64,000 bases of DNA from Planctomycetota bacterium (GCA_046290465.1 JBKAGP010000001.1:1376001-1440000); one strand, 5' to 3'; positions 44,744 to 54,429 are shown, counted from the stretch's first letter. The notes: generated by a model from the letters alone, not told the origin. Translations and numbers: made by a program.

Positions 44744-45780
44744 ACCGACGCACCCCGGCGGCGCTGCTCGCGCTGGCCACGTTCGCGCTGCTGCTGCCGT
44801 CCCAGGACGAGGTCCGGCGCCCGGCGCCACAGCCCACCCAGCCAGGCGTGCGCCTGACCTACGAGTTGCCAGTCGACACGCTGCAGCGCCAGCTGCAGCG
44901 CACCCCCGACCAGGATCTCGAGCAGGTGCTCGCCGGCATCGTGCGCACGATGCAGGCGCGGCTGGGCGCGCTCGGAACGGTGACGCGGCACCAGGCCACC
45001 GGCTTCACGATCGACATCCAGGAGGCATCGCCCGAGGTGCTCGCGCGCGTCGAGCGCCGCGTCGCCATCGCCGGCCGCCTCGAGATGTGGATCGTCGCCG
45101 ACGGCCGCTACCGCGAGGCCGACCTCGCCCTCGAGCAGGAGCAGAAGCACCTGCTCGCCTGGCTCGCCGACGGCAATCGCGAGCGCGTGCAGAAGGACCC
45201 GCGCGCCGTCGCCGACTTGCCGCGACGGGAACGCAGCCAGGTCCGCTGGGTGCCGCGCGTAATCCGGCCGCACCAGGCCGCGGGCCAGCCGGGCCGCTGG
45301 CACCACCCGCTCAGCAAGATGGGCGGCGACCCGTTCCGCTACGTCGTGCCGGTCTTCGACGAGGGACAGTGGAACGGCGGCGCGGTGCCGGTCGCGATGC
45401 AGAACGCCGACGATCCGTTCCTGGTCGAACTGGTGCCGCTCAACCTGCACGCGGCGTCGTTCTCCGATCGCGACCTCGACGGCGACAAGATCGCGATCGG
45501 TGCGGGCCGCAACGGCAGGCCCGCCATTCGCTACACGCTGCTCGCCGACCGGCGCCGTGCCTACGCCGACTGGAGCGGCCGCTTCACCGGCAGCGCCAGC
45601 GGCGTCGTGCTGGACGGGGTGCTGGTGACGGCCCCCGTCTTCCTCAGCAAGATCCCCGGCGCCGGCATCCTCGAGGGCGACTACTCCCGACGCCAGGCCG
45701 AGGACCTCGTCTCGGTGCTGAAGTCGCGCGGCCTGCCGGCCGCCCCCCAGCTGGTCGCCAAGGAAGCTCTGCGCGACTAG
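44740..45780 (+). CDS. Stand-alone SecD/SecDF P1-head-like periplasmic protein
   Basis: GVRLTYEL, GRLEMWIV, GRPAI, VVLDG..VTAPV..SKIPG.GILEG.YS..QAEDLVSVLKSRGLP. The SecD C-terminal TM bundle is absent. Confidence 0.7.
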   Translation: MNRRTPAALLALATFALLLPSQDEVRRPAPQPTQPGVRLTYELPVDTLQRQLQRTPDQDLEQVLAGIVRTMQARLGALGTVTRHQATGFTIDIQEASPEVLARVERRVAIAGRLEMWIVADGRYREADLALEQEQKHLLAWLADGNRERVQKDPRAVADLPRRERSQVRWVPRVIRPHQAAGQPGRWHHPLSKMGGDPFRYVVPVFDEGQWNGGAVPVAMQNADDPFLVELVPLNLHAASFSDRDLDGDKIAIGAGRNGRPAIRYTLLADRRRAYADWSGRFTGSASGVVLDGVLVTAPVFLSKIPGAGILEGDYSRRQAEDLVSVLKSRGLPAAPQLVAKEALRD

Positions 45781-45863
45781 GAGCGCGTCCATGTAGTGGA
45801 CGCGCTGCCGACCGTGATCGCGGAAGCGGCGTGTACGCGTGCGGACGGGGCTTTGCCCGCTAG
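45777..45863 (-). repeat. CTAG-bounded REP/MITE-like element, full copy in inverse orientation
   Basis: Reverse complement of 13961-14047. The left CTAG contains the stop of the SecD-like gene. Confidence 0.92.
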
Positions 45864-46014
45864 TGGCGAACGGATCCGGGTCGGACCCCGCCCTGCCGCA
45901 ACGCCGTTCCGCGCGACCTTTCTACGGGCGACCCGCAACGCTCACCGTCGGCCGGCCGTTCCTCTGACCGGACGAGACGAGTGGCTCCTGAGGGGGAGCC
46001 GAGAGATGGACACG

Positions 46015-46052
46015 AGCGCCGCGGCCTGGACAGCCGCGGCGCTTTCTTGTTG
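46015..46052 (+). terminator. Intrinsic terminator
   Basis: AGCGCCGCGGC-CTGGACA-GCCGCGGCGCT followed by TTCTTGTT. Confidence 0.7.
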
Positions 46053-46058
46053 CCCCTG

Positions 46059-47168
46059 CTACGGCCGCACGCCGACGCGCACCGCCGTCCCCGCCGACGC
46101 CCGGGCAAACGCCTGGTCCACCTCGTCGAGCCCGACCCAGCCCGCCACCAACTCCGCGAACGGATAGCGCCGGTGCGCCTGCGCCAGGAACGCGACGGCC
46201 CGCGACAGGTGCACGGGCGCGTAGTTGTGCACCCCGTGCAGGTGCAAGAGGCCGCGCACCACCCGCTCGGCCGAGACCTCGATCGGCGCGTCCGGAAACA
46301 CCGCCCCGACCAACACGACGTCGGCGCCGAGGCCGCCGGCGTCGACCGCCGCCGCGCACGCGTCGCGATGGCCGGAGAACTCGAACACACGATCGAACCC
46401 GCAATCGAACCGGCCGCCATCCCGCTCCGGCGCCAAGACCCTCTCCGGCGCGAAGACCCTCTCCGGCGCGAAGACCCTCTCCGGCGCGAAGACCCTCTCC
46501 GGCGCGAAGACCTCGTCCGCCCCGAACCGCTGCGCCAGCGCCCGCCGTTCCGGATCCGGATCGACCGCCACGACGCGCCCGGCGCCGTGCTGCTTCGCGA
46601 ACGCGCACGCCGTCAACCCGAGCATACCGGCGCCGAACACCAGCACGCTGCGACCGTCGACGCCCTGCGCCGCATCGAACGCGGCCACCACCGTCGCGGT
46701 CGCACACCCGGCCGGCGCCGCGACCTCCAGCGGCATCGTCTCGGGCAGCTCGACGATGGTCGTTCCGCGCGCCAGCAGGCAGTGCGTCGCCAACCCGCCG
46801 GACAGCTCGCGACCGGCGTCGGCGCGCTGGTGGCCGTACTTCCAGGCGTGCTCGCACTTCTGCGGCATCCCCGACCTGCACGGCATGCACCCACCACAGT
46901 GGGCCACGATCGCCCAGACCACGCGCGCGCCCGGCGCCACCGTGACCCCGTCTCCGACCGCGACGACCTCGCCGACGATCTCGTGGCCGAGCACGGTGGG
47001 CACCGCCACCTGCCGACGCCCGTCGAACGAGTGCACGTCGCTGCCGCACAAGGTGCAGCCGACCACGCGCACCAGCGTCTCGCCGGCGGCCGGCGTCGGC
47101 AACGGCACATCGCGCAGTTCGAGCTGCCCGGCCCGGCCGTCGAAGAACGCTGCTCGCGCCGTGCCCAT
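46059..47168 (-). CDS. Zinc-binding alcohol dehydrogenase (resembles the phosphonate-catabolism-associated ADH type)
   Basis: LCGSDVH, VLGHEIVG, CGGCMPCRSG..KC, AAPAGCATATV, GAGMLG, GVHNY. Confidence 0.85.
   Translation of the reverse strand: MGTARAAFFDGRAGQLELRDVPLPTPAAGETLVRVVGCTLCGSDVHSFDGRRQVAVPTVLGHEIVGEVVAVGDGVTVAPGARVVWAIVAHCGGCMPCRSGMPQKCEHAWKYGHQRADAGRELSGGLATHCLLARGTTIVELPETMPLEVAAPAGCATATVVAAFDAAQGVDGRSVLVFGAGMLGLTACAFAKQHGAGRVVAVDPDPERRALAQRFGADEVFAPERVFAPERVFAPERVFAPERVLAPERDGGRFDCGFDRVFEFSGHRDACAAAVDAGGLGADVVLVGAVFPDAPIEVSAERVVRGLLHLHGVHNYAPVHLSRAVAFLAQAHRRYPFAELVAGWVGLDEVDQAFARASAGTAVRVGVRP
46425..46512. repeat. In-frame 18-bp tandem repeat x5 (VFAPER) inside the ADH gene
   Basis: CTCCGGCGCGAAGACCCT units. 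Confidence 0.92.
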
Positions 47169-47169
47169 C

Positions 47170-48480
47170 TCAGGCCAGCCGCTTGCGGATCATCGGTCCC
47201 CGCCGCCGGCGTTCGTCGGCGATCGGCATCGCGGCCAGCACCCGCTGGGCCGCGTCGTCCGCGGCCAGGCGCGTGCTCGCATGCACGAACGCCAGCACGT
47301 CGCCGGTGTGCACCTCGTCGCCGAGCGTCTTGCGCAGCACCACCCCGACCGCCGGATCGATCGCGTCGGTCGGCTGCCGCCGGCCACCGCCGAGGTCCAC
47401 GACCAGCTGGCCGAGCGCGAGCGGGTCGACGTCGACCACCGCCCCGGCGTGCTGTGCCTCGACCGGCACCACGTGCTCGGCGCGAGCCAGCATCGTCGGG
47501 TCGTCGACGACGCGCGGGTCGCCGCCCTGCAGCTGCAGGTTGTCGCAGAACACCTGCCGCACGACGCCGTCGTGCCACAGCTGCGTCAGCAGCGCGTGCG
47601 CCGCTTCGAGACCGTCGACGACCCCGGCGAGCAGCAGCATCTCGGCCCCGAGGGCCAGCGTCACCTCGCGCAGGTCGTCGGGGCAGTTGCCGTTCAACGC
47701 CTGCAACACCTCCGCCACTTCGAGCGCGTTGCCGATCGCCAGCCCGAGCGGATGGTCCATGTCGGTCAGCAGCGCGCTCATCGCGATGCCGGCGGCGCGG
47801 CCGGTGGCGACCAGCCCTTCCATCAACGCGATCGCGTCGTGCTCTTCGCGCATGAACGCCGCGCGCCCGACCTTGACGTCCATCACCAGACCGTCGATGC
47901 CTTCGGCCAGCTTCTTGGCGAGGATCGAGCTGGTGATCAGCGGGATGCTCTCGACGGTGCCGCTGATGTCGCGCGTCGCGTACATGCGCCGGTCGGCAGG
48001 CGCGATCTCGGCGCTCGGCGACAGCATCGCGTAGCCGCAGCGATCGAGCACCTCGCCGAAGCGGTCGAGGCCGAGGTCGGTCGAGTAGCCGGGCAGCGCC
48101 ATAAGCTTGTCGATCGTGCCGCCGGTGTGGCCGAGCCCGCGGCCGCTGACCATCGGCACGGAGACGCCAGCCGCCGCGACCATCGGCGCCAGCAGCAGGC
48201 TGACCTTGTCGCCGACGCCGCCCGTCGAGTGCTTGTCGACCTTCTTCTTGGCGACGTGGTCGTGCCGCAGCACGCGGCCGGAGTCGCGCATCGCCAGCGT
48301 CAGCGCCGCCGTCTCGTCGGCGGTCATGCCGTTGCAGCAAACCGCCATCAAGAAGGCGCCGAGCTGCGCGTCACCGAGCGAACCGTCGACGACGCCGGAC
48401 ACGAGGTCGGCGATCTCGTCCCGGGTCAACGCGTTGCTGTCGCGCTTCTTGGCGATCAGCCGTGCAGGGTGTTCGCGCAT
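47170..48480 (-). CDS. deoA: Thymidine / pyrimidine-nucleoside phosphorylase
   Basis: IAKKRD, VDKHSTGGVGDKVSL, SGRGLGHTGGTIDKL, APADRRMYATRD, DVKVG, IGNALEV. Confidence 0.93.
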   Translation of the reverse strand: MREHPARLIAKKRDSNALTRDEIADLVSGVVDGSLGDAQLGAFLMAVCCNGMTADETAALTLAMRDSGRVLRHDHVAKKKVDKHSTGGVGDKVSLLLAPMVAAAGVSVPMVSGRGLGHTGGTIDKLMALPGYSTDLGLDRFGEVLDRCGYAMLSPSAEIAPADRRMYATRDISGTVESIPLITSSILAKKLAEGIDGLVMDVKVGRAAFMREEHDAIALMEGLVATGRAAGIAMSALLTDMDHPLGLAIGNALEVAEVLQALNGNCPDDLREVTLALGAEMLLLAGVVDGLEAAHALLTQLWHDGVVRQVFCDNLQLQGGDPRVVDDPTMLARAEHVVPVEAQHAGAVVDVDPLALGQLVVDLGGGRRQPTDAIDPAVGVVLRKTLGDEVHTGDVLAFVHASTRLAADDAAQRVLAAMPIADERRRRGPMIRKRLA

Positions 48481-49328
48481 CAGGGGGCTACCGGGTGCCA
48501 GAGCGTCTTGGTCTCGACGAACGGCTCGACCCAGCCGAGCTGCCGCAGGCGGTCGGCGCGGCCCCAACTGGCGGCCGGCAGGTCGCAGTAGCGCACCCGC
48601 TTGACGTTGTCGGCGGCCGCCGCGGTCAGCGCCGCGTCGGGAGCGCCGGCGACCAGCAGGCCGTCGAGATCGCGATGCGCCGCGAACTGGCCCGCCAGTT
48701 CGTCACGCTGGCCGCTCAGCAGGTTGACGGCGCCCGCGGGCACGTCGCTCGAGGCCAGCACCTCACCGAGCGCCAGACCGGCGAACGGCGCGTGCTCGCT
48801 GACCAGCGCCACCACCGCGTTGCCACCGACCAGCAGCGGCAACACCAGCGCCAGCGTGCCGACCAGCGCCGGCCGGGGGGGCGTGATCACGCCGACGACC
48901 CCGGTCGGCTCGACCGTCGAGAAGTTGAAGAACGGCCCCTGCACCGCGTTCTGGCTGCCGAGCAGGCTCTGCACCTTGTCGCACAGGCCGGCATACCAGA
49001 CCGTCAGGTCGATCGCGGTATCGAGCTCCTTCTGGGCGGCGGCCGGCGTGGCGCCGCCCAGGCGCAGCTCCTGCACGACGGCGTCGCGCCGCGACGCGAG
49101 CATCTCGGCCAGCCGGTAGAGGATCTGGCCGCGGAGGTACGCCGTGCTGCCGCTCCACGTCGGCAGCCCCTTGCGCGCCGCGACGATCGCGTCGCGCAGG
49201 TCCTTGCGCGATGACCGCGCGACGTTGACCTCGCCGTTGCCGGCGGGCTGGAACACCCGCCCCGACTCACTGCGTGGGAACTTGCCGCCCACGTACAGCT
49301 TGTAGGTCTTCCGCACCGAAACGCTCAT
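48480..49328 (-). CDS. Truncated aldehyde dehydrogenase family subunit (deoC-associated second component)
   Basis: VRKTYKLYVGGKFPRSESGR, SRKDLRDA, RGQILYRLAEML, EPTGVVG, ETKTLWHP. No catalytic Cys domain. Confidence 0.85.
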   Translation of the reverse strand: MSVSVRKTYKLYVGGKFPRSESGRVFQPAGNGEVNVARSSRKDLRDAIVAARKGLPTWSGSTAYLRGQILYRLAEMLASRRDAVVQELRLGGATPAAAQKELDTAIDLTVWYAGLCDKVQSLLGSQNAVQGPFFNFSTVEPTGVVGVITPPRPALVGTLALVLPLLVGGNAVVALVSEHAPFAGLALGEVLASSDVPAGAVNLLSGQRDELAGQFAAHRDLDGLLVAGAPDAALTAAAADNVKRVRYCDLPAASWGRADRLRQLGWVEPFVETKTLWHPVAP

Positions 49329-49374
49329 GTGCGCACGGTGCCGCAACGGCCGGCGACGGGCAAGCGACGGCTGC

Positions 49375-50646
49375 TCAGTTCTTCGCCCGTCCGGCCTTCT
49401 TCACGGCACCGGTCGGCTGCCCCTGCCCCTCGGCGCGCGGCAGCACCAAGTCGCCGTCGTCGCCCTTGCGCCGCCGGTTCAGTTCCTTCAGCACCCCGCC
49501 AACCGGCGAGTCGACCCCTTCGAACAGGTCGTCCGCGGTGTCGGGCTTGCCGTCGCTGCCGAGGCAGCGCACCTGGAAGTCGTCGCCGTAGCGGCGCAGC
49601 AGGTAGTGGCGCCCCCACGAGTCCTTGCCGTCGTTGCGGCCGGGCAGCTTGCCGTCCTTGCGCGACTCGCGCAGCGCCGCCCAGGTGACCTCACCAGCGT
49701 GGCCCGCGGCGAACGCCTGCACCGCCTTCAGCAGCTTCTTCAAATCGCGCCTGGCGCGGTAGCGCTTCTGCTTGAGGCCGCGCTCCTGCTTGGGCCACTT
49801 CTGATAGCTGCAGTCCCACGCCAGCACCCACTGCTCCTTCACGCGCTGCCAGCCCATGTCCTGCATCAGGCGGTGCTCCATGTGCTCCATGTGCGCCGCG
49901 CCATAGAAGATGCCGAGCTTCTTCTTGCCGAGGTCGAGCTGGTCCTGCAGCACCCGCAGGCACTTCTCGTTGCGGCCGTGGATGATGACGGTCGGCTGGT
50001 CGATCGCCGGGTCGCCGCCGAGCAGCGAACGCGCCATCACAATGCGCAGCTCGGCGATGCCGCCACCGCTGCGGAACGCGCCAACCAGATCGATCTCCTT
50101 CTTGTTGGCCTCGGCCTCCCGGTCGACGTCGGGCGAACCGAGCGACAGCATCTCGCCGAGTTCGCTCTTGCCCGCCACCGCGAGTGCGTCCATCCACTCC
50201 TGCTCGGTCATGTCGGCGTGCACGAAGTTGTCCATGCGGTAGTCCATCGAACCGAACTGGTCGGCGAGCTTCAGGCCGGCGCCCATGCCGCCCTGCACCA
50301 TCGAGATCCAGTGTTCGTCGTCGCCGACCTCCATGCCCGGATACGGGCGCACGTCCGGGTCCCCGATCAGCTCGTAGAGGAGCGCGTCGAGGCCGCGGAA
50401 GCGCTTCTGCATGCCTTCGTAGAACTCGCGGTCGGCGACGTGCACGCAGCCGAACAGCGTCAGCTCGGCGTCACCCTTCCGGTAGGTCGCGATCAGGATC
50501 TCGAGGCGGCCGCCCTGGTCGTTCTCGATCAGCCGGGTGAACGGGCGGCGCGGCGCCTCCGCCTCCGCGGCGGCCTCCGGCTTCGCCTCCTGGGCGAGCA
50601 GCGACGGAACGAACAGCAACGGCAGCAGCACAGAACGGACGGTCAT
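49375..50646 (-). CDS. Secreted hypothetical protein: TraB-like-looking N-terminal domain plus GspG-like C-terminal domain
   Basis: Signal peptide; GCVHVADREFY, LLYE, HAD, RNE, IFYGAAHM; C-terminal DSWGRHY...LGSDGKPDTADD. Confidence 0.6.
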   Translation of the reverse strand: MTVRSVLLPLLFVPSLLAQEAKPEAAAEAEAPRRPFTRLIENDQGGRLEILIATYRKGDAELTLFGCVHVADREFYEGMQKRFRGLDALLYELIGDPDVRPYPGMEVGDDEHWISMVQGGMGAGLKLADQFGSMDYRMDNFVHADMTEQEWMDALAVAGKSELGEMLSLGSPDVDREAEANKKEIDLVGAFRSGGGIAELRIVMARSLLGGDPAIDQPTVIIHGRNEKCLRVLQDQLDLGKKKLGIFYGAAHMEHMEHRLMQDMGWQRVKEQWVLAWDCSYQKWPKQERGLKQKRYRARRDLKKLLKAVQAFAAGHAGEVTWAALRESRKDGKLPGRNDGKDSWGRHYLLRRYGDDFQVRCLGSDGKPDTADDLFEGVDSPVGGVLKELNRRRKGDDGDLVLPRAEGQGQPTGAVKKAGRAKN

Positions 50647-50664
50647 GCCCGGCATGCTACTCGA

Positions 50665-52011
50665 TCACCGGATCGCGAACCGGTCGCCGGTCGGGTTCCA
50701 GGCGAGCACCACGTCGGCCTCGCTGGCGCGGTCGGCCGGCAACAGGCGCAGACCGGGCGCCACCGCGCGCGCCGGGCCGCTCGGGTAGATCCAGGCGCGT
50801 TCCTCGCTCCAGTCGACGGCGTAGCCGACCAGCGCGACCGTTCGCCCCGATGCCGCGGCCTCGCGCAGCAACGTGCCGTGCTCGGTCAGGGCCGCCAGCA
50901 GCGCCGTCACCCGGTCGGCGTCCCGCAGGCGCCGCCGGATCGTCTTGTCGCTGCGAACGGCGAACGGCACCAACAGCAGCACCACCGTCCCGACCGCGAG
51001 CAGCCGGCGCCATCCCGGGGCGCGTCGCCACGTCGCGACCCAGAGCCCGACGACGAACGCCGCGGCGGGCAGCGCCGGCAGCAGCAGCCGGTCGAGCTTG
51101 TCCCAACGAAAGCCCCACAGCCCGACGCTCGACGGCAGCAGCGCGAGCGCCGCGACCGCGGCGGCCGCGAGCCACGCCGCGCGGCGCCGCGGCGCGCGCC
51201 GCCACCACACCACCGCTGCCGCGAGCAGCAGCAGTTCGGCGAACGGCGAGGTCACGGCGTGCCGCGGCAACCACAGCGCCTTGCACCGCAGCAGCGGATC
51301 GACCGACGCGGCCCACCAGTCGGCACCGGCCGGCAGGTAGGGCGCGCTCGCCTCGCCGACCGTGCACCAGAGCCACAGGTAGCCAGCAGCCAGGGCCCCG
51401 TGGGCGGCGATCGGCAGCAGGCTGCGGCCGCCGCGTCGATGCAGCAGGGACCAGGCGACGATCGCGAGCAGCCAGACCACCGCCTCCTCCTTGGCCAGCA
51501 GGGCTGCCGCGTGCAGCGCGATCGAGGCCAGCAACCGCGCGCGCCCACCGCGCCGCAGCCAGCCTTGCCAGCACCACAGCGCACCGAGCCCCGACGTCGT
51601 CGCCAGCAGCGAGGGCAGCGACGACACCCAGCTGACCGCGATCGCCTGTGCCGGATGCACGGTCAGCCACAGCGCCGCGAGACCGCCGGCAGCGGCGCTG
51701 CGGGTCGCGCGCCGCAGCAGCGCGAACAGCAGCAGGGCCGAGGCCAGGCTGCACGCGATCGCGAGCAGGTGCAGCGCCGTCGCGTGCAGGCCGAAGCACG
51801 CCCGCGAGCCGACCATCAGCAGATGGAAGGACGGCCGCAGGTAGCCGAACGGCTGCCGCGAGAGCGCGTGCTCGAGCAGGCCCCCGCTGCGGCCGGCGTC
51901 CTCGAGCCAGAGGAAGTCGTCGGTGACGAAGCCGCTCGCCGGCACGCGGTGGTAGAGCCACGCGTGCGCGACCAGCACGGCGAGCAGCCAGGCGACGCGA
52001 CGGCGCCGCAT
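50665..52011 (-). CDS. Polytopic membrane protein, GT-C/PMT glycosyltransferase-like
   Basis: FVTDDF, YLRP, HP...AVSWVS, ALLAKEEA; many TM helices. Confidence 0.7.
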   Translation of the reverse strand: MRRRRVAWLLAVLVAHAWLYHRVPASGFVTDDFLWLEDAGRSGGLLEHALSRQPFGYLRPSFHLLMVGSRACFGLHATALHLLAIACSLASALLLFALLRRATRSAAAGGLAALWLTVHPAQAIAVSWVSSLPSLLATTSGLGALWCWQGWLRRGGRARLLASIALHAAALLAKEEAVVWLLAIVAWSLLHRRGGRSLLPIAAHGALAAGYLWLWCTVGEASAPYLPAGADWWAASVDPLLRCKALWLPRHAVTSPFAELLLLAAAVVWWRRAPRRRAAWLAAAAVAALALLPSSVGLWGFRWDKLDRLLLPALPAAAFVVGLWVATWRRAPGWRRLLAVGTVVLLLVPFAVRSDKTIRRRLRDADRVTALLAALTEHGTLLREAAASGRTVALVGYAVDWSEERAWIYPSGPARAVAPGLRLLPADRASEADVVLAWNPTGDRFAIR

Positions 52012-53519
52012 CAGCCGGGCAGCAGGCCCGAGCGCAGCTTGACGTAGGCGCGCAGGCCCTGGCGGCCGCCCTCGCGACCGAAGCCGCTCTCCTGGAAGCC
52101 ACCGAACGGCGACGCCGCGTCGAAGCGGTTGAAGGTGTTGTTCCAGACCACGCCCGCTCGCATCCGTTCGGCGAGCCACAGGATGCGCGCCCCCTTGTCG
52201 GTCCAGATGCCGGCCGACAGGCCGTAGCTGGTGTCGTTGGCCTTCTGCACCGCCTCCTCGGGCGTGCGGAACGTCGACACCGACAGCACCGGGCCGAAGA
52301 TCTCCTCGCGCGCGATGCGGTGCGTCTGCGACACGTCGGTGAACATCGACGGCGCGAACCAGTAGCCCTTGCGCGGCAGCTGGCAGTTCGACTGGTGCAG
52401 CTGCGCCCCCTCGGCGACGCCGGCGTCGACCAGTTCACGGATCCGCTGCAGCTGCTCCTTGCTGTGGATCGCGCCCATGTCGGTGTTCTTGTCGAGCGGG
52501 TCGCCGACGCGGATGCGCGCCATGCGGCGCTGCAGCTTGGCGACGAACGCGTCGTGCACGCCCTCCTGCACCAGCAGCCGCGAGCCGGCGCAGCAGACGT
52601 GGCCCTGGTTGAAGAAGATGCCGCGCACGACGCCTTCGACCGCCTGGTCGAGCGCCGCGTCCTCGAACACCAGGTGCGCAGCCTTGCCGCCGAGCTCGAG
52701 CGTCAGGTCGACGCCGCGGCCGGCGACCGCCTTCTGGATCTGCTTGCCGACCTCGGTGCTGCCGGTGAACGCGACCTTGTCGAGGTCGGGGTGCCGCACC
52801 AGCGCCTGGCCGGTCGCGCCGTCGCCGGTGATCACGTTGACGACCCCGTCCGGCAGGCCCGCCTGCCGGAAGACGTCACACAGCCGCAGCGCGGTCAGCG
52901 GCGACGTCTCCGCCGGCTTGATCACGACCGTGTTGCCGGCGGCCAGCGCCGGCGCGATCTTCCACGCGGCCATCAGCAGCGGGAAGTTCCACGGGATGAT
53001 CTGGCCGACGACGCCGACCGGCTCGACCCGTTCGCCCGGGAACAGCAGTTCCAGCTTGTCGGCCCATCCGGCGTGGTAGAAGAAGTGCTGCGCCGCCAAC
53101 GGCACGTCGACGTCGCGGGTCTCCTTGATCGGCTTGCCGTTGTCGAGCGTCTCGAGCACCGCGAACTCGCGGGCGCGCTCCTGCAGCACGCGCGCGATCC
53201 GGTACAGGTAGCGCGCGCGGTCGTCGCCGGACAGCCGTCGCCAGCCGGGCAGGGCCTGCTTCGCCGCCTGCACCGCGAGGTCGACGTCCTTGTCGTTGGC
53301 CTGCGCGACCCGACTGAGCGTCTGCTCGGTGGCCGGATTGTCGGTGGCGAAGTAGCGGCCCGACTTCGGCCGCACGAACGCGCCGCCGACGAACAGTCCG
53401 TAGCGGTCGTCGATCGCGACGTGGTCGGTCGCCTCGGGAGCCGGCGCGTAGTCCCACGCCGCGCCGAACGTCAGCTCGGGGCGCTTGCTGCGGCGCGCCT
53501 TCTTGTCGGGGTTGGCCAT
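52011..53519 (-). CDS. Aldehyde dehydrogenase (probable acetaldehyde dehydrogenase)
   Basis: IIPWNFPLLMAAWK, KPAE, FTGSTEVG, LELGGK, NQGHVCCAGSR, EEIFGPV, SPFGG. Confidence 0.93.
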   Translation of the reverse strand: MANPDKKARRSKRPELTFGAAWDYAPAPEATDHVAIDDRYGLFVGGAFVRPKSGRYFATDNPATEQTLSRVAQANDKDVDLAVQAAKQALPGWRRLSGDDRARYLYRIARVLQERAREFAVLETLDNGKPIKETRDVDVPLAAQHFFYHAGWADKLELLFPGERVEPVGVVGQIIPWNFPLLMAAWKIAPALAAGNTVVIKPAETSPLTALRLCDVFRQAGLPDGVVNVITGDGATGQALVRHPDLDKVAFTGSTEVGKQIQKAVAGRGVDLTLELGGKAAHLVFEDAALDQAVEGVVRGIFFNQGHVCCAGSRLLVQEGVHDAFVAKLQRRMARIRVGDPLDKNTDMGAIHSKEQLQRIRELVDAGVAEGAQLHQSNCQLPRKGYWFAPSMFTDVSQTHRIAREEIFGPVLSVSTFRTPEEAVQKANDTSYGLSAGIWTDKGARILWLAERMRAGVVWNNTFNRFDAASPFGGFQESGFGREGGRQGLRAYVKLRSGLLPG

Positions 53520-53520
53520 G

Positions 53521-54429
53521 TCAGTCTCGGCTGAAGTCGGTGGGTCGTTGGTAGCGGCCGGTGCGCAGCTTCTCGAGCTGCATCAGCACGTCGTTGAGCA
53601 GCGAGCTGGCACCGAAGCGGAACCACGCGGGCGTCATCCACTGGTCGCCGCAGGTCTCGTTGACCAGCACCAGGTAGCGCAACGCGTCCTTGGCCGAACG
53701 GATGCCGCCGGCCGCCTTGACGCCGACCATCGTGCCGGTCTCCAGGTAGTGGTCGCGCACCGCCTCGAGCATCAGCAGCACCACCGGCCGCGTGCTGGCT
53801 GGCGCCACCTTGCCGGTGCTGGTCTTGATGAAGTCGGCGCCGCCGAGCATCGCGATGCGGCTGGCGCAGCGCACGTTGTCGTAGGTCTTCAGCTCGCCGG
53901 TCTCGAGGATCACCTTCAGGTGGGCCGCGCCGCAGGCTTCCTTGACCGCACGGACCTCGTCGTAGACGTGACGGTGACGGCCGCTCAGGAACGCGCCGCG
54001 ATCGATCACCATGTCGATCTCGGACGCGCCGGCCTTGACCGCCAGTTCGACCTCGCGCAGCTTGGTGCGGCGATCGGTGCGGCCCGCCGGGAAGCCGGTG
54101 GCGACCGACGCGACCTGCACGCCGGTGCCGGCGACCGCGTCGGCGGCGATGCCGACCAGGTCCGGATAGACGCAGACCGCAGCGCAGCTCGGCACGTCGG
54201 CGCGCGCCGGCAGCGGCCGCACCGCCTTGCTGCACAGATGGCGCACCTTGCCGGGCGTGTCCATGCCTTCGAGCGTGGTCAGGTCCATCATCGCGATCGC
54301 GAGCTTCAGGCCCTGTTCCTTGGCGTGCTTCTTGATCGAGCGCGTCGCCAGGTCGGCGGCGCGCGTCTCGAGCGCGACCGCGTCGACCGGCGGCACCCGG
54401 AACTCGGTTGAGGACAGCGACGAAGGCAT
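53521..54429 (-). CDS. deoC: Deoxyribose-phosphate aldolase (long type)
   Basis: DLTTLEG.DT, AAVCVYP, ASVATGFPAG, EIDMVIDRG, KVILETGEL, DFIKTSTGK, GVKAAGGIR, RFGASSLL. Confidence 0.95.
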   Translation of the reverse strand: MPSSLSSTEFRVPPVDAVALETRAADLATRSIKKHAKEQGLKLAIAMMDLTTLEGMDTPGKVRHLCSKAVRPLPARADVPSCAAVCVYPDLVGIAADAVAGTGVQVASVATGFPAGRTDRRTKLREVELAVKAGASEIDMVIDRGAFLSGRHRHVYDEVRAVKEACGAAHLKVILETGELKTYDNVRCASRIAMLGGADFIKTSTGKVAPASTRPVVLLMLEAVRDHYLETGTMVGVKAAGGIRSAKDALRYLVLVNETCGDQWMTPAWFRFGASSLLNDVLMQLEKLRTGRYQRPTDFSRD

